Shown piece by piece: positions 31,314-38,827 of a stretch of DNA of 38,827 nucleotides (position 1 is the first letter of the stretch; each line of letters begins with the position of its first letter). This DNA is from an uncultured Candidatus Sumerlaeota bacterium (lineage in GTDB: Bacteria > Sumerlaeota > Sumerlaeia > MVZB01 > JAJFLK01). A program made the translations under genes and the position numbers. The notes beneath the pieces were generated by a model that saw only the letters and a list, made by a program, of their open reading frames with translations, made no database searches and was not told where the DNA came from. The DNA lies in NCBI GenBank assembly GCA_964586185.1, contig CAZPIK010000003.1:1-38827 (forward strand), in the 5' to 3' direction.

Positions 31314-33221
31314 ATGGGCCGAAGGTTTACTGTGAAATCCACGCCGATCTCGACCGAATCGGAACAAATCCCGGACGCTCTTCCCTCCGGAATGCAAGCC
31401 GAAGATATTGATCGTCTGCCCGCTTTGCCCGGCATTTACATCATGAAAGACGCGGCGGGGAAGGCGATCTATATCGGCAAAGCGGCGGATTTGCGCTCGC
31501 GCGTGCGAAGTTATTTCACCCGCGCGGGCGATGCGCGATTCAATGTCCGGTTTCTCATGCGTTACGTCCGTTCGGTCGAAACGATTATTACCTCAACCGA
31601 AACCGAGGCGTTTCTTCTCGAAGACACGCTCATCAAAAAAGAGCAGCCTAAATATAATATCCGCCTACGCGACGATAAGACGTATGTGAGCGTGCGGTTC
31701 AATATGGATCACGAGTGGCCGCGGGCGGTCGTCATGCGGCGGCGACATGAACGAAAGGATGGAGGTTTATATCTCGGTCCCTTTTCGTCGGCGCATTCGA
31801 CCCGCGCGACGCTTCGGATGCTTCAGAAGGTTTTTCCCATTCGCTCGTGTCCTGATTCCGTTTTGCGCAATCGAACTCGCCCGTGCCTGCTCCATCCCAT
31901 CGGAAGATGCGCCGCGCCGTGCGTGAAACCGGTCGAGAAAAAAGATTATGACGAATGGATTCAGGGAACGATTCTCGTGCTGAAAGGGAAGACCGAGGAG
32001 GTTCTCGCGAAACTGCGCGGAGAGATGGCGAAGTGTTCGGAGCGGATGGAATTCGAGCGCGCGGCGGCGATCCGCGACCGCATCGCCGCGATTGAAAGCA
32101 CGGGCGAATCGCAGCGAGTGCACAAACATGAAGGAGGCGACCGCGATGTCGTTGTTTGCGAACGCTCGGGCGGTCGGCTCGGCTTCGCGCTTTTCTCCTA
32201 CCGCAATGGAATTTTGGTTCGGAGTCGTCCTTACATTTTCAAGGATTTGGGCCGCGAACTGGGTGAGGTCATGGCGGAATTCCTTGCGCGATACTACGGC
32301 AACGAAACGCCGCCTGCTGAAATATTATTGCATCCGGAGCCGAGCGATTCCGCGGCGCTCGCGCAGTGGCTCGGAGTAAGGCGCGAAGGGACATGCCATT
32401 TGATCTCGCCTCAGCGCGGCGAAAAAGTTCGGCTGATCGAGATCGCGCGGGAGAATTGCACACGATGGATCGAGCAGCACGTTGGCGGGCAAACCACGCG
32501 CGAGGAGATTGGTCGCGAGCTGATGGAAAAGTTCCAGCTCGATGAAGCTCCCGACGCGATCGAGTGTTACGACATCTCGACGCTTCAGGGCTTCGCAACG
32601 GTCGGATCGCAGGTGGCGTTCCGCGAGGGACAGCCCGACAAGGCGCGTTACCGGCGCTATCGGATCAAAACGCTTGATGGACAAGACGACTTCGGCGCGT
32701 TGCGCGAAATGCTGACGCGCCGATTCCGCAAAGTCGTGGAGGGAACTGATCCTCCGCCTGATCTCGTGATGATTGACGGCGGCAAGGGACAACTCAACGT
32801 CGCCTGCGCGGTCTTCGAGGAATTGGGCGTCACGGGCGTTGGTCTTGTCTCCATCGCGAAAAGCCGAGTGAAACACCGGGGCGACAAAACCGAACGAACG
32901 GAAGAAAGGTTTTTTCTGCCGGGTCGCAAGAACCCGGTCACGTTCGCGGCGAATTCACCAACCCTCTACCTTCTTCAACAAGTTCGCGACGAGGCGCATC
33001 GGTTTGGGATTACGTATCACCGCGACCTGCGCAAGAAACGTAATTTACGTTCGGCGCTCGAAGATTTGCCCGGCGTCGGCAAAATCCGCGCGGCGACGTT
33101 GCTTCGGGCGTTCGGCTCCATGCGCGCGCTCCGCGAGGCGACGGAAGAACAAATCGCGGCGACGAAGGGAATACCCGCGCACGTTGCGACGACCGTACAC
33201 AAATTTCTCCACGAGGCGTAG
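31314..33221 (+). CDS. uvrC: Excinuclease ABC subunit C
   Basis: 635 aa. GIY-YIG domain (PGIYIMKDAAGKAIYIGKAADLRSRVRSYF), UVR domain, RNase H-like endonuclease domain and C-terminal (HhH)2. Confidence 0.95.
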   Translation: MGRRFTVKSTPISTESEQIPDALPSGMQAEDIDRLPALPGIYIMKDAAGKAIYIGKAADLRSRVRSYFTRAGDARFNVRFLMRYVRSVETIITSTETEAFLLEDTLIKKEQPKYNIRLRDDKTYVSVRFNMDHEWPRAVVMRRRHERKDGGLYLGPFSSAHSTRATLRMLQKVFPIRSCPDSVLRNRTRPCLLHPIGRCAAPCVKPVEKKDYDEWIQGTILVLKGKTEEVLAKLRGEMAKCSERMEFERAAAIRDRIAAIESTGESQRVHKHEGGDRDVVVCERSGGRLGFALFSYRNGILVRSRPYIFKDLGRELGEVMAEFLARYYGNETPPAEILLHPEPSDSAALAQWLGVRREGTCHLISPQRGEKVRLIEIARENCTRWIEQHVGGQTTREEIGRELMEKFQLDEAPDAIECYDISTLQGFATVGSQVAFREGQPDKARYRRYRIKTLDGQDDFGALREMLTRRFRKVVEGTDPPPDLVMIDGGKGQLNVACAVFEELGVTGVGLVSIAKSRVKHRGDKTERTEERFFLPGRKNPVTFAANSPTLYLLQQVRDEAHRFGITYHRDLRKKRNLRSALEDLPGVGKIRAATLLRAFGSMRALREATEEQIAATKGIPAHVATTVHKFLHEA

Positions 33222-33278
33222 GTTGGCACGTTGCCACCCGACTTGCCTCATCAGCGATTTCGTGGCAAAATAACGCCC

Positions 33279-33566
33279 ATGAAACCGTCGCTTGACATTG
33301 CTGCTGACGTGCGACAGGCCGCCGAAGTCTTGCGACACGAGGGCGCGCGCGAAGTTTATCTTTTTGGCTCGACCGCACGGGGAACATCCCGAGTCGGATC
33401 GGACGTTGATCTTGCGGTCACTGGACTCCCACCCGCGCGGTTTTTCGAGGCTATGGCACGGGCTGCCGAGCAACTTAACGGACCGCTCGATCTTGTGGAC
33501 CTCGACGAAGACACACCGTTTACGCGCTACCTTAAGGAAGAAAACGAACTCGTCCATGTCGCGTAA
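33279..33566 (+). CDS. Minimal nucleotidyltransferase (MNT/MntA-like antitoxin)
   Basis: 95 aa. YLFGSTARGTSRVGSDVDLAV = the GSxxRG...DxD polymerase-beta-type NTase motif. Confidence 0.8.
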   Translation: MKPSLDIAADVRQAAEVLRHEGAREVYLFGSTARGTSRVGSDVDLAVTGLPPARFFEAMARAAEQLNGPLDLVDLDEDTPFTRYLKEENELVHVA

Positions 33567-34035
33567 GCTCGCTCTTCAGATACGCGTGGATATCGAGCAG
33601 CTTTGCACACTCATGCACCGTCACCGTGGCCTGATCGAGGAATGCAAAGTTCGGACTCCCACTGAAGTTGAAATTGATGCTTTGGCATCGCAACTTCATT
33701 CTTTCTATTCGGACATTGAGAATGTCTTCAAGCGGATTTGCATCGAATTGGATGAGGAAGCGCCCACAGGTGAATTTTGGCACGCGCGGCTTCTGGACGT
33801 GATGGTTCATCCAGCCCCGAAGCGCCCCGCCGTCGTAACCGAAGATTTGAAAACATTACTTCGTCCCTACTTGGAATTCCGCCACGTTTTTCGTCACGCC
33901 TACACCTTTGAACTGAAGTGGGACAAGATGGCCCCGCTTGTTCTTGGAGTTCTGGAAGTGTTCGATACGTTTGAGCGTGAAATACAAATCTTCCTCACAT
34001 TTTTGGACTCACGGAATCTGCCATCGCAATCGTAG
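33556..34035 (+). CDS. HEPN-type (HepT-like) putative RNase toxin
   Basis: 159 aa from ATG 33556, overlapping the MNT gene by 11 nt. YLEFRHVFRHAY contains an Rx4H HEPN motif. The long N-terminal extension in the ORF track lies inside the MNT gene. Confidence 0.6.
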   Translation: MSRKLALQIRVDIEQLCTLMHRHRGLIEECKVRTPTEVEIDALASQLHSFYSDIENVFKRICIELDEEAPTGEFWHARLLDVMVHPAPKRPAVVTEDLKTLLRPYLEFRHVFRHAYTFELKWDKMAPLVLGVLEVFDTFEREIQIFLTFLDSRNLPSQS

Positions 34036-35496
34036 CATTAGGGCAAAGAGTGCAAGGAGCGTTCCGAGAATCGCGGCTTGCGAGCGGGCGATGGGGTTTC
34101 CGGGTTTCCAAGCTCCGGCGAGAATGAGCGGCATGAGCGGAACCCAAATTCTTCCGACCTCGCCGCGTACGGAACCGGAAAGAGTTAGCAGACCTAGACC
34201 CAACAGGACTCCGCGAGAGAACTCCGATTGACTCGATGTGATAAACATGACGATCAGCGGCACGCCGCAGAGCAAAATAAAATCGAGGGGATTGAAGAGC
34301 AGCCACGTTAGATACGAGCGGTCGGCAGTGATCAGGTGATGATTGGAGAGAGCCGTGCGAAAAATCGCGAGTGGGTTGGCCGGAGATAAAATGAAAGGCG
34401 CAAGAAAGCTTAGCGCGGCGATGGCGGCTGCGATTCCCAATCGGCGGATGGCAAGCGGCGAATCATTGGAATTGTGCGAGGACATGAAAGCGACGATGAC
34501 CGCGATGGCAAAGAACGCAATCGCTCCATAGGTGAGGTTGGTGGCTACGCCTGCGATAACGCCTGCCAAGACTGCGGCGAAAATTCCGGTTGTGCGATGG
34601 TGGCGGGGATCAAGCGCGACCATCAAAAGCGCGGCCAAGCCAGCAATGGGCAACGCCAATGCCGAGTCGAGCTGCGAGGTCGTGACGGCCGATCCGGGGA
34701 TGAGCGGCCATATCGCGGCGATTCGCGCGGAGGAGACTGGATCGTGGCCGAGAATCTGCGCCAGCCGCGCAATCGGCCAACACGCGAGAAGGTTCAGCAG
34801 CATGAGCAAAATCGGCGCAAGCAACGCAGCGGCAAGTTCGGAGCGCGAGAGGTGCGGCTGAAACTCCGATTCGGAAATCCCCGCGCGTGAAGCCGCTCCG
34901 GCCAACGCGTCGGTCAACGGTGGTAGCATTTCGCAAAGGTCCATTGTCAGCGCGTAAAACAAAACGGCACCGGGAGGATGCGTCACCGCGTGGAGGTAAC
35001 GGTATAGATCGGTTCCGCGCGACCAATTGTTGTAATTCGCGTAGAGTCCGCGCGGCGACTCCGCCCAATCCATCCGCGCGACGGAATAGTAGGAGGTGAA
35101 TGAACTATCCGCCGTTCGCTGGACCAGTGAGGCCGCGACGCTGCCCTTGCCCACCGGCTTCGTGAGTCCCCAATGGAATCCGAACCCGAAGAGAATAGCC
35201 GTGAGTAGTAACGCCCGCGCCGCGAGTTTTGGACGGCGTTTCGCCCACTCGCCGCCGGAGACTGCGAGTATTACGATCAAGAAAAACGCGCACGGAATAG
35301 CGGTTACGCCCAACGACGAGATTGGTTTGGGCTGAAACGTCCATCGCCAGTTTCCCCACGTCGGCCCGCGCCAAATAGATGGAACATCGAGCGCAACAGC
35401 AACGAGCAGCACCAAGGAAACAATAATGCCGATTAGAAATAGAGGCTCAGTCGTTACGAAGGCCGCGTTGGAATTACGCTTCAATTTTCTCCGCAT
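34009..35496 (-). CDS. Polytopic integral membrane protein, unknown function
   Basis: 495 aa from ATG 35496 (MRRKLKRNSNAAFV...), with 10 or more hydrophobic helices. The ORF-track start at 35661 would read through a repeat arm (LCAFASLRLCV). The 3' end overlaps the convergent HEPN gene by 27 nt. Confidence 0.7.
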   Translation of the reverse strand: MRRKLKRNSNAAFVTTEPLFLIGIIVSLVLLVAVALDVPSIWRGPTWGNWRWTFQPKPISSLGVTAIPCAFFLIVILAVSGGEWAKRRPKLAARALLLTAILFGFGFHWGLTKPVGKGSVAASLVQRTADSSFTSYYSVARMDWAESPRGLYANYNNWSRGTDLYRYLHAVTHPPGAVLFYALTMDLCEMLPPLTDALAGAASRAGISESEFQPHLSRSELAAALLAPILLMLLNLLACWPIARLAQILGHDPVSSARIAAIWPLIPGSAVTTSQLDSALALPIAGLAALLMVALDPRHHRTTGIFAAVLAGVIAGVATNLTYGAIAFFAIAVIVAFMSSHNSNDSPLAIRRLGIAAAIAALSFLAPFILSPANPLAIFRTALSNHHLITADRSYLTWLLFNPLDFILLCGVPLIVMFITSSQSEFSRGVLLGLGLLTLSGSVRGEVGRIWVPLMPLILAGAWKPGNPIARSQAAILGTLLALFALMLRLRWQIP

Positions 35497-35522
35497 CACC
35501 GCTCCTGCGTTCAAGAAATCAA

Positions 35523-35723
35523 CGCAAAGGCGCAAAGACGCAAAGGCGCAAAGACGTTTCTTGAGTGCCTTCGGGCGACTCCAATCTTGGCGCGGTTTGA
35601 GGGCGTCAATCATTGTTCGCGCAGCTTGAAATAAATTGTTGTCGTTTTCATCAGTCCCCATTTTATCTAACCGTCTAACTTGCCTTGGTCATCCTTGCGC
35701 CTCTGCGTCTTTGCGCCTTTGCG
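35523..35723. repeat. Octamer-array inverted-repeat element (family 2, copy 3)
   Basis: Left arm CGCAAAGG CGCAAAGA CGCAAAGG CGCAAAGA (35523-35554). Right arm TCCTTGCG CCTCTGCG TCTTTGCG CCTTTGCG (35692-35723). Spacer is ~133 nt. Flanks are GAAATCAA / TTTACTTC. Sits in a divergent intergenic region. Confidence 0.9.
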
Positions 35724-35833
35724 TTTACTTCTTCCTCCGCAAAAGCCTAGCCTTGGCCCGCGATTTGGGCGAACATATTCCCGCATTTTCAATCGCGCGG
35801 CAGACGCGCACGGAAGCGAAATATTCATTCACC

Positions 35834-37060
35834 ATGACCGACCGACTTGAAATCCTGAAACGCCACGCCGAAAAGAACGACAAGAAAATCGTCCTGCTTG
35901 TCTTGGACGGCGTCGGGGACATTCACACTGCGGCGAGTCCGCAAACCTCGCTCGAAAAGGCCAAGACACCGAACCTCGACGCGCTTGCCAAACGCGCCTC
36001 GCTCGGGCGGACTCTTCCGGTGGATTACGGCATTACTCCCGGATCTGGTCCGGGACATCTCGCGCTTTTCGGCTACGATCCGATGGAGGAGCGTTATCAA
36101 ATCGGTCGCGGCGTGCTCGAGGCGCTCGGCATTAATTATGATTTGAAAGCCGGACAGGTCGCGGCGCGAGGAAATTTCTGCACCGTGGACGCGGCGGGTC
36201 TCATCACCGACCGTCGCGCCGGACGCCCCAGCAATAATGATTGCAAACGCGTTTCTACGCTGCTCGACGACGCCATCATGCAAATTGACGACGTGCGGAT
36301 TCGCGTGCTGCCGGTCAAGGAACACCGCTTTTGCGCAATCTTTGACGGACCGAATCTTGATCCCGATTTGGAGGACACCGATCCGCAGAGGGTCGGCGTG
36401 AAGACGCTGCCCGCCAAAGCGCGGAAATCGGGGCCTCATTCGGCGCGGACACAGGGTATCGTCCAAAAGTTTCTGGATCGCGCGTTCGAGGTCTTGAAAG
36501 GTGAATCGAAAATCAATTCGCTCACGCTGCGTGGATTTTCGGCTTATCCCGATGTTGCGACTTTTCGGCAACTCTATCATTTGAATCCGCTCGCGGTTGC
36601 GGCGTATCCCCTTTATCTCGGCGTCGCGCGGCTTGCGGGAATGAAGACAATTGAGACCGGCTCGACCCCTGCGGAGCAATTTGCCGCCGTCGCCGAGCGA
36701 TGGAACGACCATGATTTCTTCTTCATCCACATCAAGAAAACAGATTCGAGCGGCGAGGACGGCAACCAAGTGATGAAGGTCGCGGCGATCGAGGCCGTGG
36801 ATGCCGCGCTGCCGCAATTGCTCGCTCTGAATCCCGACGTCATCGCGATCACGGGCGACCACTCCACTCCGTTCGTCATGAAGGGACACTCGTGGCATCC
36901 GGTTCCATTGCTCATCGCCGCGCCGTTCGCTGACGTGGACGCTTGCGAGCGACTGACCGAAACCGATTGCTTGCGCGGTTCACTCGGGACGATCCCGGCG
37001 AAAGGGCTGATGGCGCTCTTGCTTGCACACGCCGGAAAATTGGTCAAATTTGGGGCTTAA
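35834..37060 (+). CDS. apgM: Cofactor-independent phosphoglycerate mutase, archaeal-type (ApgM family)
   Basis: 408 aa from MTDRLEILKRHAEKNDKKIVLLVLDGVGD. TGDHSTP and HSWHPVP metal-site motifs. The upstream 66 codons of the ORF-track call read through the repeat arm. Confidence 0.85.
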   Translation: MTDRLEILKRHAEKNDKKIVLLVLDGVGDIHTAASPQTSLEKAKTPNLDALAKRASLGRTLPVDYGITPGSGPGHLALFGYDPMEERYQIGRGVLEALGINYDLKAGQVAARGNFCTVDAAGLITDRRAGRPSNNDCKRVSTLLDDAIMQIDDVRIRVLPVKEHRFCAIFDGPNLDPDLEDTDPQRVGVKTLPAKARKSGPHSARTQGIVQKFLDRAFEVLKGESKINSLTLRGFSAYPDVATFRQLYHLNPLAVAAYPLYLGVARLAGMKTIETGSTPAEQFAAVAERWNDHDFFFIHIKKTDSSGEDGNQVMKVAAIEAVDAALPQLLALNPDVIAITGDHSTPFVMKGHSWHPVPLLIAAPFADVDACERLTETDCLRGSLGTIPAKGLMALLLAHAGKLVKFGA

Positions 37061-37120
37061 GAGTACGCAGATACTGAACGGGTGAATAAGTTACCTTGAT
37101 TCTTCATCAAACTTTCTTCA

Positions 37121-37295
37121 GCGCCGAAGGCGCGCGTCATTTCCAGCCTGGGGCAACGCCCCAGGAAAATGGTCACCCCAAAAGTCTTGAGGGCTGTAAG
37201 CCCGCTCCAATTGGGTCGGGCTTACAGCCCTTGAATTCTGTGCCAGCTTTCCTAGGGCGTTGCCCTAGGCTACTATAGATTCGCGCCATTGGCGC
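37121..37295. repeat. Five-hairpin palindromic REP-like element
   Basis: Hairpins: GCGCC-GAA-GGCGC (37121-37133), CCTGGGGC-AAC-GCCCCAGG (37147-37165), a central 15-bp perfect stem AGGGCTGTAAGCCCG/CGGGCTTACAGCCCT (37190-37231), CCTAGGGC-GTT-GCCCTAGG (37251-37269), GCGCC-ATT-GGCGC (37283-37295). The two halves are inverted copies of one another. Confidence 0.9.
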
Positions 37296-37356
37296 TCGGC
37301 ATGTGTGATTGCGTAAGCGATGGGAAATGGGCTTGATAAAGGATTAGGGTGACTTT

Positions 37357-37482
37357 ATGAATCAGCGGTTGCGCGTTCTTGTCACTCTCGCTAAACGATA
37401 CATGCTGTTCGAACTTGTTGGATACACGGCGCTATTGTTGTCCCTCTGTGTCTTGATCCTGCTTTTATATATGATTCGATAA
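37357..37482 (+). CDS. Possible 41-aa hydrophobic micro-protein
   Basis: MNQRLRVLVTLAKRYMLFELVGYTALLLSLCVLILLLYMIR. Too short for the ORF track. Ends 3 nt before the GTG start of the RmlD-like gene. The RBS is weak (AGGGTG). Confidence 0.2.
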   Translation: MNQRLRVLVTLAKRYMLFELVGYTALLLSLCVLILLLYMIR

Positions 37483-37485
37483 TCT

Positions 37486-38436
37486 GTGAATCTCATGACC
37501 GACAAGCCCCCGCTCATTGTGACCGGCCTGTCGGGATTGGTCGGATCGTGCCTTGCGCCTGCCATCGGAAAATGGTTCGAGCTTGTCCCGTTCGATCTCG
37601 AGTCCAAGTGCGACATTCTGAATCTGGATTCGCTGCGCAAGAAACTCGCGGAGCATCCGAACGCCAACGTGCTCGCGCATCTGGCCGCCTATACCGACGT
37701 CTCGCGCGCCTACGCGCAGACAAACGATAAGAGCGGACCGTGTCATCGCTTGAACGTCGTCGGGACGGAGAACGTCGTTAAGGCGTGCGCCGAGCGCGGC
37801 ATTCACGTCATTTTCGTTTCGACCGATTTTGTCTTCGATGGCTCCAAGCCCGCCAAGCAAGGGGCGTATGTCGAGACCGATCCGCCGCGTCCCATCGAAT
37901 GGTATGGCCGAACGAAGTTCATGGCGGAGGAAGTCGTCCGAAAATCTCCCGCGTGGACGATCATCCGAATTGCCTATCCCTACGTTTCGGGTGATGCGCC
38001 GCGTTCCGATCTCGTTCGCAATATTTACGCGAAATTGGTCGAGGGGTTGGAGGTTTCGCTTTTCACCGATCAGGTCATCACGCCGACGTTTGGAGCCGAC
38101 ATTGCGAAGGGAATCGGACTTCTCGCGCGGATGCGTCCCAAAGGCGAGACCTATCATTTGGTCGGATCCTCGCCGACGACGCCCTTCGATCTTGGGCTGA
38201 AAATCGCGCGGGCGTTCAACTTCGATCAGCGGCTCGTGAGACCGGGAACGCTCGCCGAGTATTTGAAAAAGGATCCGCGACCACGCCACCCGCGGCTGCA
38301 TCTTTCCAACGCCAAATGGACGGCGCTCGCGCTCCGGCATGGATTGCATCAGCCGCTCACGCTCGACGAAGGACTTGCGCGGGTCGTGCGCGATCAACCT
38401 TCGCCGACGAAAAGCGATCTATCAAAAACGGAATAG
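37486..38436 (+). CDS. dTDP-4-dehydrorhamnose reductase-like SDR (RmlD family)
   Basis: 316 aa. VTGLSGLVGS Rossmann motif, HLAAYTDV, VFVSTDFVFDG and YGRTK (YxxxK). The start may be ATG 37495. Confidence 0.8.
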   Translation: MNLMTDKPPLIVTGLSGLVGSCLAPAIGKWFELVPFDLESKCDILNLDSLRKKLAEHPNANVLAHLAAYTDVSRAYAQTNDKSGPCHRLNVVGTENVVKACAERGIHVIFVSTDFVFDGSKPAKQGAYVETDPPRPIEWYGRTKFMAEEVVRKSPAWTIIRIAYPYVSGDAPRSDLVRNIYAKLVEGLEVSLFTDQVITPTFGADIAKGIGLLARMRPKGETYHLVGSSPTTPFDLGLKIARAFNFDQRLVRPGTLAEYLKKDPRPRHPRLHLSNAKWTALALRHGLHQPLTLDEGLARVVRDQPSPTKSDLSKTE

Positions 38437-38827
38437 AACGGACTGGCGGGATCGTTCTCGTGGCGGATTTCGTCTACGACCTCGCGCTTTCCTTCGCCTT
38501 TATACAGCCGATCCGGGAGGTTGATGACCCAGCCGGGACCAACCGAGACGCAGCGATAGGCGTGAATGACGCCCGGCGGAACAACGAGCGCGATGGATGA
38601 CGCTTCGCCGTAGGTTCCACGAAACGATTTCTTGTGCGTCGCGCTCGCGGGGCGATTGTCGTAAAGACAGACTTCAAAACTTCCCGGACCCGCGAAAACA
38701 AAGAGATCGGATTGGTCGCGGTGTTCGTGTGGCCCGCGAGCGATGCCGGGGAGCGTGACCGAAATATATCCCATCGCGGGCTGGTGCGCGGATTCGTCGC
38801 GGCGATGAAACTCGGCGAGCCACCCGC
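38394..38827 (-). CDS. RmlC-like cupin (dTDP-4-dehydrorhamnose 3,5-epimerase-like), 5' end beyond the window
   Basis: The frame stays open upstream of the ORF-track Met to the window edge (GWLAEFHRRDESAHQPAMGYISVTLPGIARGPHEH). The RGPHEH ... VPPGVIHAY pattern is epimerase-like. Overlaps the convergent RmlD-like gene by 43 nt. Confidence 0.6.
   Translation of the reverse strand, partial: GWLAEFHRRDESAHQPAMGYISVTLPGIARGPHEHRDQSDLFVFAGPGSFEVCLYDNRPASATHKKSFRGTYGEASSIALVVPPGVIHAYRCVSVGPGWVINLPDRLYKGEGKREVVDEIRHENDPASPFYSVFDRSLFVGEG

Noticed and set aside
33292-33555. N-terminal 88-codon extension of the HEPN-like ORF
   Set aside because: It lies entirely within the well-supported MNT gene in another frame, and the internal ATG 33556 gives the usual overlapping TA arrangement.
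35825-36898. 357-aa minus-strand ORF antisense to apgM; likewise 37465-38397 (310 aa) antisense to the RmlD-like gene, and 2637-3569 and 5197-6147 opposite holB/DUF1501 and the PSCyt gene
   Set aside because: All lie opposite genes with strong family motifs and show Arg-rich, motif-free translations.
37096-37278. 60-aa plus-strand ORF (…FSAEGARHFQPGATPQENG…GRCPRLL)
   Set aside because: It is simply the translation of the five-hairpin palindromic repeat, and its sequence is dictated by the stems.
1-38827. Search for tRNA, rRNA, tmRNA, transposase, integrase, reverse transcriptase or Cas genes
   Set aside because: Reading the intergenic regions and the ORF translations showed no cloverleaf-type sequences, rRNA-like stretches or matching protein motifs. 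Absence is by eye only and should be confirmed with tRNAscan-SE/Infernal and HMM searches.

Overview
A 38.8-kb, gene-dense fragment with about 38 protein genes. I found no rRNA, tRNA, CRISPR array, transposase or integrase. The source looks like an uncultured PVC-/planctomycete-like bacterium: it has a DUF1501 + PSCyt1/DUF1549/DUF1553 gene pair, several prepilin-type N-terminal proteins and many exported hypothetical proteins. Hand counts of sample stretches give roughly 60% or more GC in housekeeping genes and 44-54% in accessory genes. Housekeeping genes recognised: an Hsp70 paralog (5' partial), holB, a DegT-type aminotransferase, miaB, rseP, a ygfZ-like folate-binding protein, tag, uvrC, apgM, and RmlD-like and RmlC-like sugar-nucleotide enzymes (the last is 5' partial at the window end). 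Accessory content: four toxin-antitoxin-type modules (an orphan HicB with a possible decayed hicA, DUF4258/DUF2283, HicB-HicA, MNT/HEPN), a low-GC DUF3800 gene wedged between miaB and rseP, a stand-alone retropepsin-like protease, and a seven-gene co-directional minus-strand cluster of exported proteins. Three things seem most worth follow-up. (1) Intergenic repeats: a family of MITE/REP-like elements whose ~35-nt terminal inverted repeats are each built from four tandem CGCARAGR octamers, with three full copies at 24.1, 31.2 and 35.6 kb and spacers of 41-133 nt. Also present are two related stop-codon-proximal 30-nt-arm hairpins (14.8 and 20.9 kb), a 175-nt five-hairpin palindromic element (37.1-37.3 kb) and a twin-hairpin element (9.73 kb). 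(2) A candidate sigma54-driven four-gene surface module: two tandem small pilin paralogs sharing an ITELEQ C-terminus, a membrane-anchored 566-aa repeat protein, and a TM plus helical protein, all preceded by an AT-rich region with direct repeats. (3) Pseudopilin, small Cys protein, internally duplicated LamG protein and Cys-rich anchor genes directly upstream of the DUF1549/DUF1553-DUF1501 pair. All family assignments come from motif recognition by eye; no database search was run.
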